In this document: positions 31,912-41,446 of the stretch, in pieces
Layout: every line of letters begins with the position of its first letter
Numbering within the stretch: position 1 is the first letter of the stretch
NCBI GenBank assembly: GCA_963749155.1
Contig: CAVVLO010000002.1
Span: forward strand, 640,001-704,000
DNA length: 64,000 nucleotides
Direction of reading: 5' to 3'
Source: an uncultured Armatimonadia bacterium
GTDB taxonomy: Bacteria > Armatimonadota > Zipacnadia > CAVVLO01
Notes under the pieces: model-generated
Seen by the model: the letters and a program-made list of their open reading frames with translations, nothing else
The model's database searches: none
Told to the model about the DNA's origin: nothing
Program-made: the position numbers and the translations under genes

Positions 31912-33061
31912 AGCCAACTAGCAGCACTCCCACGACAATTAACAGACCGGCCAGCAGAAAGGGCCAGACTGCGATCAGTTTTGCCCACCAGACAAGTTCG
32001 ACTTCCAGTTCGGCAACCAGTGGAGATTGTCCCAGAAGCTGGCCATCCGGCGCAACTGCCTTCACAACGCCTACCACAGCGCCCTTTTTCACTGGGGCGG
32101 TCAGGAGGGCAGGTTCATAGCTGAGAGTATACTCGGGCGCTGAGGTTGAAAGCCCGATATACCGTATGGGCCGAATAGCTTTCACGGGCAGGCGCTGGAA
32201 GGTTGCTCGCTCGAGCTTTACTGTGGCGATGCGCTGGCCTTCGCTGACCAGTTCCCACCTGCGCCAGGTGCGGAAGAAATGCTCGAAGGTAGCCTTGGCC
32301 ACTTTGGCGCGATCAGGGCAGCCCAGCAGCACGGTAATTAGCCGCCAGCCGTCTTTGGTGGCGCTGGCCGCCAGGCACTCGCCTCCCGCGCTCACGTAGC
32401 CTGTCTTAATCCCATCAGCCAGAGGATACTTGAAAAGCAATTCATTGCGGCTTTTCCAGGTTTTCGAGGCGCCGCGCAGATTCATAGTAAAGCTTTTCTG
32501 CTTAACCAGCGCGCGAAATTGCTCATTGCGCAGTGCAATACGGGAAAGACTGGCCAGATCCATCGCGCAGGAGTAATGACCTTTTTGATGCAGGCCGACT
32601 GGATTTAGGAAATGCGTGTGAGTAAGTCCAAGCACCGCGGCTTTGGCGTTCATCCGGTCGACGAAAGCGGGCTTGGAGCCAGCTATCGCGGTGGCAAGCC
32701 CCATCGCTGCATCGTTAGCAGAGATGATGAGACTTGCTCGCAGCAGGTCGTCAGGTTTGACGATTTCGCCAGGCAGCAATCCCAGCGTGACTTGTTGCCT
32801 GGTAGTACAATCAGCGGGAATCTGGAAAGGCCCCTCTGGCACCCCGGCTTCCAGCGCAACAAGAGCGGTCATAATTTTGGTCAGGCTTGCAGGAGGCAGC
32901 TCCCGGTAAGCGCTATGGCGTGAAAGCACCTGGCCGGTCTCCCAGTCCATTACCACCCAGGCGCGGCAGGGGTAAGCCCCCAGCAGCTTGTCCCCCTGAG
33001 CAAGGCCTGCCAGGAGCACCAGGGCGATTATCAAAACCAGTGGTGTGAGTCTTCTTCTCAT
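31802..33061 (-). CDS. dacA: D-alanyl-D-alanine carboxypeptidase (peptidase S11) with C-terminal TM anchor
   Basis: ASLTK (SxxK), SAN, KTG, PBP5 C-domain; the 3' end overlaps rluB by about 110 nt. Confidence 0.9.
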   Translation of the reverse strand: MRRRLTPLVLIIALVLLAGLAQGDKLLGAYPCRAWVVMDWETGQVLSRHSAYRELPPASLTKIMTALVALEAGVPEGPFQIPADCTTRQQVTLGLLPGEIVKPDDLLRASLIISANDAAMGLATAIAGSKPAFVDRMNAKAAVLGLTHTHFLNPVGLHQKGHYSCAMDLASLSRIALRNEQFRALVKQKSFTMNLRGASKTWKSRNELLFKYPLADGIKTGYVSAGGECLAASATKDGWRLITVLLGCPDRAKVAKATFEHFFRTWRRWELVSEGQRIATVKLERATFQRLPVKAIRPIRYIGLSTSAPEYTLSYEPALLTAPVKKGAVVGVVKAVAPDGQLLGQSPLVAELEVELVWWAKLIAVWPFLLAGLLIVVGVLLVGYVKAAKSVATGGDRESQASRDPDNRRPRRGKRPGSH

Positions 33062-33175
33062 ACCTGCTCGGAAACGCGGTAAAGGAACCCGGGTTAGTTG
33101 TCGAATACTAGAGCGGAAACTAGTTCTCTTTCGGTAGAAGAAAACCTGTCTCGTTATACCCAGGGGGAGACCAGG

Positions 33176-34120
33176 ATGGCGCAGCTGGCCTTGCTGCTTG
33201 TACTGATATTACTTCTCGTGCCGACTCTTTCCTATGGACAGAGTCTGCAGGAGCGGCTCGGATTTGGCGCAGATGACGTTGTGCTGATTATCAACGCCGA
33301 TGATGCGGGGATGTGCCACAGCGCCAATCTGGCGGTCTTTGACGCCTTTGAAAACGGCGTGCTGACCTCGGCTACCGTCATGATGCCCTGCCCCTGGGTG
33401 AAGGAACTTGCCGAATGGTCGAAGACTCATCCCGAGGCCGATTTCGGTCTGCATCTCACGCACACCAATGAGTGGAATCGCTATAAATGGGGGCCGGTCG
33501 CAGGACGCGAGGCGGTGCCGGGGCTGTGCGATGAGGCGGGATACCTCCTGCAAGGCACCGAGGATATCTACGCCCGCGGCACACCCGAGGAAACCTGGAT
33601 CGAGGCGCGCGCCCAGATTATGCTTGCCGATTCATTGGGGCTGAAATACAGCCATCTCGACAGCCATATGGGCGTTATGCAGTATCTCGATCCCTATTGG
33701 GACAAGTATTTTGAGTTGGCGAAAGAATACAACCTGCCTCTAAGACTGGAGCCGGCGGCCTTGCTTGCCAGTTTTGGGTTGAAAGATCGCCATACGCTGC
33801 TGGACAAGGCGGGTATCCTCGGCGCCACGCTTGTAGTGGAGCCGAAAATCCAGGGCTCAACGCCTGAGGAGTGGTACGCGGCTTACGAGACAGGCCTGCG
33901 GGCGCTTGGGCCAGGCGTACATGAAGTGCTGCTGCATCCTGCGCTGCCAAGTGATGAGATCAAGAGCATCACCGGCAGTTGGGAGCACCGCTATTGGGAT
34001 TATCTCTGGCTCACCCGCCCCGAGACAAAGGCACTGCTGGACGAGTTGGGCATCAAGCTCATCGGCTACCGGCCGATTATGGAGTTGCAGCGGAGGGAGC
34101 GGGCGGCGGTCGAAGGCTGA
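33176..34120 (+). CDS. ChbG/YdjC-family carbohydrate deacetylase, secreted
   Basis: IINADDAG, GLHLT, SHLDSHMG, LLHPA; signal peptide. Confidence 0.88.
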   Translation: MAQLALLLVLILLLVPTLSYGQSLQERLGFGADDVVLIINADDAGMCHSANLAVFDAFENGVLTSATVMMPCPWVKELAEWSKTHPEADFGLHLTHTNEWNRYKWGPVAGREAVPGLCDEAGYLLQGTEDIYARGTPEETWIEARAQIMLADSLGLKYSHLDSHMGVMQYLDPYWDKYFELAKEYNLPLRLEPAALLASFGLKDRHTLLDKAGILGATLVVEPKIQGSTPEEWYAAYETGLRALGPGVHEVLLHPALPSDEIKSITGSWEHRYWDYLWLTRPETKALLDELGIKLIGYRPIMELQRRERAAVEG

Positions 34121-34131
34121 AAGGCGCAGGT

Positions 34132-35302
34132 ATGAGACTGAAGGCAGCAGTGGGACTAGCTTGCGCGGTCTGTCTGCTTGGGCTGGCAGGCTGCGCGCAC
34201 TCGCCCCAACTGCAACGGGCGACGCTTCCCCCGGATGTCACCAAACTGATCGCTGCGACGTGGAAGTCTCCTCGTGCGGACATGGTGCTGTGCGTTGGGA
34301 TCTTCTCCGGCGCTGCCTACGGAAGGCCGATCCGGAAGCCCTTGTGACCGTAAGGGGTATGGTCGTTGGACTCGATGGCCAAGTGAAGGCGATGACGCCA
34401 GGCCCCGTTAGACCTCCGGCCTGAGTGGGGCCCTGATGGCGCGTCGGTGGTCACCCAGAGCGCAACGGACGGCCTGCAGCGCCTTGATGTGGCGACGGGG
34501 AAGGTTAGCCAAGTGCCGATCCAGTTCGAGGGGCTGAAGCCCGACGAGGTCTGGTACGAGGCGCTGGCTTATTCGCCCGATGGCAGGTGGCTGGCTGCTT
34601 CTCTGCTGCCGATTGGCAGTGGCCACTCGCTGTGGCTCGCTTCGCTGGACGAGGGCAAGGGGATTGCGCGCCAGCTGGCGCTGTCGAGAAGACTTCTGGG
34701 TGCAGAGGCATAGCTTGGGCGCCGTCGAGCAAGCGGTTCGCCGCGATGGCGGTTGCGGGGCAGGGGTTGGACGAGTGGTTCCCCACGCTGAGTGACATAC
34801 GACGTCGAGACGGGCAAGCTGGCTCCGCCGCGTCTGAAGATGCGGGCCGGGAGCTCACGACCGTACAGGCTACGGGGGAGACACCGACCGGTCTCTGGCC
34901 TGGACGGGCGACTCGCGCGAGGTCTGCTACGTGGACTCGATTGGGTCTACGGGCTGGCGCTTCCTGGCGGAGGCTCCGGGGACAGGTGAGCCGCGCCTGC
35001 TCTTCAAGTGTGTGCCAGCCAAGGGCAGGACGGCAGGCGCGTATGCTTGGGCGCCCGGGGCCAAGGCAGCAGTCGCTGTAGACATGCCCGATGACTTCAA
35101 TCCGTCAGCCAGATGGGCCGGTGGACTCCTGGCTCGTATGGAGTCAGTAGCACCCGCCAGTTGCGCAAGCAGCTCGGTACGGCCGGGTGGAGCCAACTCG
35201 CATGGTCGCCGGATGGCAAGTGGCTGGCGCTAGTGCGCAACGGCAACGAAGCTGGACTTCCTACGTGTGCCGGCAGGCTTCGAGGCGGCGCGGGAAGGCT
35301 GA
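34132..35302 (+). CDS. TolB/PD40-like beta-propeller lipoprotein with several frame breaks (errors or decay)
   Basis: Lipobox LAGC; YSPDGRWLA, AWAPSSK, AWAPG and WSPDGKWLA repeats spread over several frames. Confidence 0.6.
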
Positions 35303-35340
35303 AAGGCGCAGGGGCAGGTTGCCCCTGCACCCCCAGACTA
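35294..35340 (+). repeat. Intergenic hairpin repeat, family A copy 3; first 19 nt duplicated at 34112..34130
   Basis: GAAGGCTGAAAGGCGCAGGGGCA-GGT-TGCCCCTGC-ACCCCC-AGACTA. Confidence 0.65.
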
Positions 35341-35368
35341 AAAGTCGCGAGGGGGTGGCGAGAGAAGA

Positions 35369-35689
35369 ATGAACTTCGCACCAAAGCCATCAACACGGCA
35401 ACGTTCGTGCGAGCAATGTGGTCATCATTACCTGGCTACGCTGCCGGAGTGCCCCGAGTGTGGCGCGAAGAACCCAGAAGACCCCAACACTCCACTGCCC
35501 CTGTGGTTGCAGTTCGCTTTTGGGCTGGGCGCGATTGCGGTGTTCATTATACCGACGGTCTATGGCGAGCTGTGGCCAGAAGGAGCTGGCCCACCGCCCT
35601 CGCGGTTGCTTGGAGTACTGCTCCTGGCTCTGCTGTTGTGGCTCTGGTATCGCACCACGACCCCTGGCCGCAGGCGCAAGCGCCACTAG
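35369..35689 (+). CDS. Small zinc-ribbon membrane protein
   Basis: CEQC-x9-CPEC followed by two TM helices and a basic tail. Confidence 0.65.
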   Translation: MNFAPKPSTRQRSCEQCGHHYLATLPECPECGAKNPEDPNTPLPLWLQFAFGLGAIAVFIIPTVYGELWPEGAGPPPSRLLGVLLLALLLWLWYRTTTPGRRRKRH

Positions 35690-35730
35690 CGGTGATACAA
35701 AGGGCACAAACCCCTGTGACTGTCGTCTGT

Positions 35731-35759
35731 GGTTTCGGGAACGAGTTCCCGAAACACGC
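35731..35759 (+). repeat. Palindromic repeat family B copy 2
   Basis: GGTTTCGGGAAC-GA-GTTCCCGAAAC-ACGC. Confidence 0.7.
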
Positions 35760-35784
35760 GATATTTGGAGACCCCCAGACTGGG

Positions 35785-37047
35785 TTAGGTGCGGACCAGG
35801 TCTCTCAAGCGCTCCCCAAGGCGGGCGAGGTATGCAGCCGGCGGCTCGGCGAGGGGGATATCCGGGCGTTGCCTCGGCTCGACCTTCTCCAGTGTCGCTA
35901 GCGCCTCGGAGGCGTCCGCGAAGCCTGTGCCCTCGAAGGCCGGCAGGCGATACTGCGGCGGCAAGCTGGCCTCCCAGGTGCTGTGGTTCTCGATGAAACT
36001 CAGCACCCGCGCCAGGTCGCCGGCCGAGCCAGCCTCGGCAAGCTGCGCGGCAAACTCGGTAATAACGCCCTCGGGGTTTGCGCTCTCATCGTGGCAGCAG
36101 CGGGCGAAAGCGTAGAGGTTGGTCTGCTCCAGATAGGCGTCCTTGCTGTCGGTGTTGCTGATCAGGCCGTCCAGTCCGATGCTGCGCGCCTGGCTGGCGA
36201 TCCGATGCAGATAACGCGTCTCAGCCTGAGCGGGATGCACCTTCCCCGCATAGCCTGTGTAGCCATCGTCCACTTCATCTATCAGGAAATGCGCCCAGCC
36301 CCACAGCCGCGTCACACCGCGCTCGCGCAAGCGTTCGATGTCCTCTGCAAGCGGATAAGGCTCGGGCACCTCGCCGATCTCATCGAAGGCTTTGAACACC
36401 AGCGAGCGGTAATAGTTATGCAGGGGGAACTGCAGCCCGCAGTCCGGCCCGCCAAGGCCCGCTTCTTCGACCAGCAGGCGATGGAAGAGAGTCTCCTTCT
36501 TCCAGAAGGGCGCCTTGAAGGCGCTATTTGCGTGGTCTTCCCAGGCGGTTACAGCCCACAGATTGGCGTTGAATTCGGCGTGCGGGGCCGTATGACGTAC
36601 CAATTGGCGCACAGCGTCGGTCATCCGCTTCCACAGCAGCACGCCCTCGACCCCGAGCGGGTTGGGCGCGCCACCGGGATCGCCTGCGAAGAAGGTGAAG
36701 GAGTCCGCCTCCGAGAGCAACTGCACACCCCGGTGGATGGCCTCGAGCCTGGCTCCCATCGCGGCCTCATCCAGTGGATCGAAGACCGATGGCGAGGGGT
36801 AGTCGGGCCAGGAGGAGATGTTCGAGAGCTGGATTATGTCGACTTTGAAACCTGCCTGATGCGCTTCTTCGATGCCGCGCGCGAGGTGGGCATAGGCTTC
36901 CTCGCGAGCCTCGGGGGGCAGGCTGAAGGCGTGGTCAATGAACTGCAGCAGGTTGTAGCCGCAGGCTTTCCAGAAAGGATAGAAAGCGGGCGCGGGCCGA
37001 AAAGCGTACAGGCCGACAGTGGACAGGCCCTCTGGCGCGGAAGTCAT
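35785..37047 (-). CDS. Hypothetical protein (420 aa), possibly a TIM-barrel hydrolase
   Basis: Long ORF with SD AGGTGA and protein-like composition; no family recognised. Confidence 0.75.
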   Translation of the reverse strand: MTSAPEGLSTVGLYAFRPAPAFYPFWKACGYNLLQFIDHAFSLPPEAREEAYAHLARGIEEAHQAGFKVDIIQLSNISSWPDYPSPSVFDPLDEAAMGARLEAIHRGVQLLSEADSFTFFAGDPGGAPNPLGVEGVLLWKRMTDAVRQLVRHTAPHAEFNANLWAVTAWEDHANSAFKAPFWKKETLFHRLLVEEAGLGGPDCGLQFPLHNYYRSLVFKAFDEIGEVPEPYPLAEDIERLRERGVTRLWGWAHFLIDEVDDGYTGYAGKVHPAQAETRYLHRIASQARSIGLDGLISNTDSKDAYLEQTNLYAFARCCHDESANPEGVITEFAAQLAEAGSAGDLARVLSFIENHSTWEASLPPQYRLPAFEGTGFADASEALATLEKVEPRQRPDIPLAEPPAAYLARLGERLRDLVRT

Positions 37048-37140
37048 TTGGCATCACCTGCGGTTGGATTGGACGATGATTCGCTCTGCAAGGGCGCAAA
37101 CCTGCGAGGCCACTAGGCAGAGGCAAAGAAGATAGCTCGG

Positions 37141-37171
37141 GGTTTCGGGAGCAAAGACTCCCGAAACACGC
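37141..37171 (+). repeat. Palindromic repeat family B copy 3, inside a larger GGCAAAGAA/TTCTTTGCC stem (37122..37187)
   Basis: GGTTTCGGGAG-CAAAGA-CTCCCGAAAC-ACGC. Confidence 0.7.
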
Positions 37172-37252
37172 CACCGGTTTCTTTGCCGAAACTCTCCCCA
37201 AACGGGTTGATGCCGTGTAGAATGCGCGCAACTTGCTCGTTGGAGAATCACG

Positions 37253-37594
37253 GTGACACTGGTAATCATGCTTGGAGTCTTTTGGCTATTGCAGGTCGCG
37301 GCCGCAGCGGCTTTCAAATATGGCTCGCTGACCGAAGGCCAATGGATGAATTTCTTCATCATCGGCAACCTGGTGGGCCTCTCGAGCACCTGGCTCCTGA
37401 TGCACTTCTATGCGAAGATGCCCCCCAATGTGGCGCTGGCGCTCTCGGCAGGGGGAGCCTTCCTTTGCTCTCAGCTTGGCCTGGCGCTGCTCTTCCACGC
37501 GCGCCCCTCAGCTCTGCAATGGGTGGGAGTGACAGTCATCCTCCTCGGGATGCTCCTCGTCGCCGGCCTCGGGCCAAGCGCAGCGACGAAGTAA
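37253..37594 (+). CDS. Small 4-TM DMT/SMR-like transporter
   Basis: 113 aa, four hydrophobic helices, LQWVGVTVILLGML C-terminal DMT pattern. Confidence 0.75.
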   Translation: MTLVIMLGVFWLLQVAAAAAFKYGSLTEGQWMNFFIIGNLVGLSSTWLLMHFYAKMPPNVALALSAGGAFLCSQLGLALLFHARPSALQWVGVTVILLGMLLVAGLGPSAATK

Positions 37595-37597
37595 GGC
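37447..37597 (+). repeat. Direct repeat copy 1 (3' end of the DMT gene)
   Basis: About 150 bp, 9 substitutions against 39022..39176 by manual alignment. Confidence 0.95.
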
Positions 37598-37650
37598 CAA
37601 ATCCAGGGGTGGAGCCAGGTCCTTGATAGAATCGAGCAAGGAGGCTAGTG

Positions 37651-39009
37651 ATGGGTTTTCGTGAGGACTTCGTCTGGGGTGCTACCTCTACCGCCTACCA
37701 ACTTGAAGGGGCGGCCAAGCGTGATGGACGTGGCCTTTCAATCTGGGATGAATTTTGTCGGCGCGAGGCCGCAATCTACCAGGGCGAGACAGGAGAGGTC
37801 TCCTGCGACCATTATGGGCACTTTCGTGAAGATATCGCGCTTTTCAAGCAAGTTGGACTGCAGGCCTTAAGATTCTCGATTGCCTGGCCGCGAATCCTCC
37901 CGAGGGGTGATGGTGAGCCGAACGCCAAGGGCCTGGCGTTCTATGATCAGTATGTAGACACACTGCTCGCAGCGGGCATTGAACCTTATATAACTCTCTT
38001 CCATTGGGACTATCCGGAGGAGCTTTACTGTCGTGGCGGATGGCTCAATCCTGATAGTCCCAAGTGGTTTGCCGAATACACAAGCCTTGTAGTCGACCGG
38101 CTTTCGGATCGTGTTAGCTACTGGATGACCCTGAATGAACCTATAGGCTTTGTGATGAACGGTCATCAGAATGGCAGCCAGGCGCCTGGGGCAAGGCTCT
38201 CCTGGCCACAACTCCTGAAGCTCAGTCACAATATACTGCTGGCCCACGGGCTTAGTGTACAAGCGATCAGAGCTGCCTCACGCAGCAAGAGTCAGGTAGG
38301 GATGGCTCTCTGTGGCTATAACACAATCCCGGCAACCGAGAGTCCTGAAGACATCTCGGCTGCACGCACAGCGATGTTCCGCCTTCCTGGAAGAGACCTG
38401 ATGCCTTACTCCTGGTGGGCAGATCCGGCTTTTCTGGGTCACTATCCTGAAGATGGGCTGAGGCAATTCGCCGCGGAGATGCCTGACATCGCGCCAGGTG
38501 ATATGGAGACTATCTGTCAGCCACTCGATTTCTTCGGATTCAACCTGTATTTCGGCAGCTATTTCCGGGCGGGTCAGGATGGAACGCCGGAACCTGTGCC
38601 TTATCCACAGGGGATAGGCCTTTCTTCAGTAGACTGGCCCGTGACTCCACTAGCGCTGCGGTGGGCTTCACGTTTTCTATACGAACGCTACAAGTTGCCA
38701 CTCCTGGTGTTAGAGAATGGCTTTTCAAATTTGGACTGGATTGCTGTTGACGGCAAAGTACATGATCCGCAGCGAATCGATTACACCACCCGTTATCTGA
38801 GGGAACTGCGTAAAGCTAGCGACGAAGGGGTGGATATCCGAGGCTATTTCCATTGGGGGATCCTCGACGGTTTTGAATGGTCGCTCGGATATAAAGTACG
38901 TTTCGGGTTAATCTATGTTGACTATGCCACTCAGCAACGCATACTGAAGGACTCGGCTCACTGGTATCACCAGGTCATCGCCACAAACGGCGCAGGCTTG
39001 GGAGAATAA
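37651..39009 (+). CDS. GH1 beta-glucosidase
   Basis: FVWGATSTAYQLEG, RFSIAWPRI, TLFHWD, TLNEP, LENG, DGFEW motifs; SD AGGAGG. Confidence 0.96.
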   Translation: MGFREDFVWGATSTAYQLEGAAKRDGRGLSIWDEFCRREAAIYQGETGEVSCDHYGHFREDIALFKQVGLQALRFSIAWPRILPRGDGEPNAKGLAFYDQYVDTLLAAGIEPYITLFHWDYPEELYCRGGWLNPDSPKWFAEYTSLVVDRLSDRVSYWMTLNEPIGFVMNGHQNGSQAPGARLSWPQLLKLSHNILLAHGLSVQAIRAASRSKSQVGMALCGYNTIPATESPEDISAARTAMFRLPGRDLMPYSWWADPAFLGHYPEDGLRQFAAEMPDIAPGDMETICQPLDFFGFNLYFGSYFRAGQDGTPEPVPYPQGIGLSSVDWPVTPLALRWASRFLYERYKLPLLVLENGFSNLDWIAVDGKVHDPQRIDYTTRYLRELRKASDEGVDIRGYFHWGILDGFEWSLGYKVRFGLIYVDYATQQRILKDSAHWYHQVIATNGAGLGE

Positions 39010-39021
39010 GGGTTTCCACCT

Positions 39022-39176
39022 GGCAGGGGTGAGGAGCCTTACTTTGCTCTCAGCTAGGCCTGGCGTTGCTCTTCCACGTGCGCCCCTCAGCTCTGCAAGG
39101 GGTGGGAGTGACAGTAATCCTCCTTGGGATGCTCCTCGTCGCCGGCCTCGGGCCAAGCGCCGCGGCGAAGTAAGGC
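39022..39176 (+). pseudogene. Direct repeat copy 2: orphan 3' fragment of the DMT gene
   Basis: Matches 37447..37597; lacks the 5' half and start. Confidence 0.9.
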
Positions 39177-39180
39177 GGAG

Positions 39181-40362
39181 CTATCTGGGCGGCGGGTCGG
39201 GCAGGCGGAGAAGAGCCGCCTCTCCCCTCGAGTACAGCCACTTGCCATCGGGGGAAAGGAGCCAGTCACCGTAGTAACGGCGCGAGGGCAAGTCCATTCG
39301 GTATTGGCCGTGCTGACCTGCGACCAAGAGGACTGGCCAGGTACCCTCCCAGTCACTCACCGAGAAGATGGCTGTCTTCCCCCCAGCGGAGAAGACGCCT
39401 CCGTAGAACCAGCAATCCACGAGGTACTTCCTGGCGCTGTAGAGATAGCATCTCTTGTGTGTCGTCACATCGAGGCAGTAGCACTTGATGGGCGTGTAGT
39501 GCACGTCCGCGTAGAAGAGTGACCTTGAGTTGTCGCTCCAGCGCAGCGGTATCGCCAGTTGGTGAGGGTTGAGCGAGAATAGAGAGGTCGCTTGTCGGCG
39601 CTTGAACATCCAAGCCGAAGACCTCGTTGCATTTGTCCAGCCGGTTGTCCCTGTCATAGTGCGAGATCCCCGTTACTGCCAATGTGCTGCCATCGGGCGA
39701 CCAGGCGATTTCACCCAGCCCATAATGGGCGGGCAGTTGCCAGCGCCAAGGGACGGCACCGGGTTTGGTGACGTCGAAGAGGGTCACCTTATCCGGCCTG
39801 CTCTGATCGTCGGAACAGCAGTTGCCCTCGGTCAGGGCCACCCAGCTACCGTCCGGCGACCATTCGGTGAGGTGCGGGGAGAGGCAGATTCAAAGGCCGT
39901 GATCAACTCGTCGGTGTTGGTCCTGGTGTCGAAGACGCGGAGTTGACGCCTGTAGCCCTCCAGTATTCGGACGAAGCCAATGCGCTTGCCGTCGGGGCTC
40001 CAGCAAGGAACTTCGTCGCGCCGATCGCCCTTAGTCAGCACTTGAGATGCGCCCCCGAGTTCGACCAGCACCAAGTCTACCTCACGGCACTCAGCGAACT
40101 CGCTCGGTCGAGTCGATGGCCGCGCGACTGAGCAGGCCAGCGCGGCGCTGTCGGGTCGCCAAGCGGCCTGGTCGATCAACCCATCAGGCACCCGCAAGGC
40201 ACGGAGTTCGGCTGGCGTGACGAGGGGGCCAAGGGCAAGCTTGTGACTGCAGTGGAGCAACGCAAGCAGTATCACAAGGATGCAAATCAACGCGAGGACG
40301 AAGGCACCCCTCTTAGAGAGCTGCTTGCTGACAGGCGAGTATACCTTGCCCGATGCTGTCAT
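39181..40362 (-). CDS. TolB/PD40-like beta-propeller membrane protein with several frame breaks
   Basis: N-terminal TM; AWRPDS, WSPDGKRI, AWSPDGST, WSDNS and LSPDGKWL repeats across frames; TGCTACAAT 6 nt before ATG. Confidence 0.65.
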
Positions 40363-40391
40363 TGGTCCATTGTAGCACTTGGGACGCGACT

Positions 40392-40467
40392 GCCTCTCTC
40401 TTCCTCCTTGCACTGGGTTCTGGTAAGCTGCTTCCACTAATGAGCGAGCCTGACTCCGAGCGTCTCG
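40392..40467 (+). repeat. Degenerate duplicate of the miaB promoter region and first codons
   Basis: 40396..40453 matches 41526..41583 with 3 mismatches, then jumps to sequence matching 41632..41645. Confidence 0.92.
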
Positions 40468-40638
40468 ACGAAGCAGAAGGGAGTAGCTTCGGTTCAATCA
40501 CCAGCTTTGTGCTGCTCAGCGCGTGAATTCAACACTGGTTTATGGTACGATTATACGATGCAGGGTAATAGAATGGAGGCAAGACTGACCCGGAGGACAA
40601 GTAATGAGTATCAAAGATGAGCCTACTATAGAATCAGG

Positions 40639-40929
40639 ATGGACGAGCTCTCTCTTGCGTTGCTGCTACCCGATGACAAAACTGTCGCGACTTATGCGAA
40701 CCAGTTGTGGGTAGCCTCAGGCGCCAATGAGGTTAACCTGTTATTTGGTCAGATGCCCCCTGTGCGTGACAGTGAAGAACACCAGCGACTTATGGAGACG
40801 AAGACGTTGTCAGTTCCAGTTGTGGCAAATGTAGTGATAGCGCGCAGCTTTCTGCCTACGCTCATACGCACACTTCAAGAACACCAAGAGCTCTTACAGC
40901 AGCAAGACGAAAGGGCTGACGATCAATGA
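40639..40929 (+). CDS. DUF3467-like small protein; true start may be ATG 40604 with a frame break
   Basis: TYANQLWV...EVNLLFGQMPP...VANVVI pattern; SD GGAGG precedes ATG 40604. Confidence 0.55.
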   Translation: MDELSLALLLPDDKTVATYANQLWVASGANEVNLLFGQMPPVRDSEEHQRLMETKTLSVPVVANVVIARSFLPTLIRTLQEHQELLQQQDERADDQ

Positions 40930-41207
40930 CTACCTTGTATATGTCCTCAGAGCGTATCAGTATAAGAGGGCTCTTCTCGAAACCACAGTTACAGAAACAA
41001 TCAATACAGGTACCTGCACACCGGAAACTCATATGTTTTGGTGGTAAAACCTATACTGCTTTGCTTGAGAGAGAGTCTGACCCAGTGCAACCAGGCGTAG
41101 TCAATGGCTCTATCCTGGAGTTGCCTGGCTGTAATTCGTGGGGCAAAAGCGAACCGGAAGCGCTAGCCGCTCTTCACGAAGCTCTGGAACTCTATCTCGA
41201 GGACTAG
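40926..41207 (+). CDS. hicB: HicB-family antitoxin (short form, N-terminally extended)
   Basis: ELPGCNSWGKSEPEALAALHEALELYLE. Confidence 0.8.
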   Translation: MTTLYMSSERISIRGLFSKPQLQKQSIQVPAHRKLICFGGKTYTALLERESDPVQPGVVNGSILELPGCNSWGKSEPEALAALHEALELYLED

Positions 41208-41230
41208 CGCCTTGTGCGCCCACAAGGCTG

Positions 41231-41446
41231 ATGACGGGAAAAAGGCTTCCAAAGTTGAATCCACGCGAAGTAGAGGCCGTGCTATTAAAGCACGGCTTTG
41301 CTTTCGTCTCACAAAAGGGCAGCCATCGTAAGTATCGAAAAAGCGAACTTGTCTTGATTGTGCCCTTTCACAGTGGAGACATCCCCAGCGGCACCCTCAA
41401 TAGCATCATCAAGGCCTCGCAACTGCCTCGGGAGGCTTTCGAATAA
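41231..41446 (+). CDS. hicA: HicA-family mRNA interferase toxin
   Basis: REVEAVLLKHGF..SQKGSHRKY...VPFH...GTLNSIIK. Confidence 0.9.
   Translation: MTGKRLPKLNPREVEAVLLKHGFAFVSQKGSHRKYRKSELVLIVPFHSGDIPSGTLNSIIKASQLPREAFE

Noticed and set aside
18811..37171. Family B palindromes as CRISPR repeats
   Set aside because: Copies are kilobases apart, with no regular spacers and no cas genes.
37447..39176. Possible DGR template/variable repeat pair
   Set aside because: The 9 mismatches are not adenine-specific on either strand and no reverse transcriptase is present.
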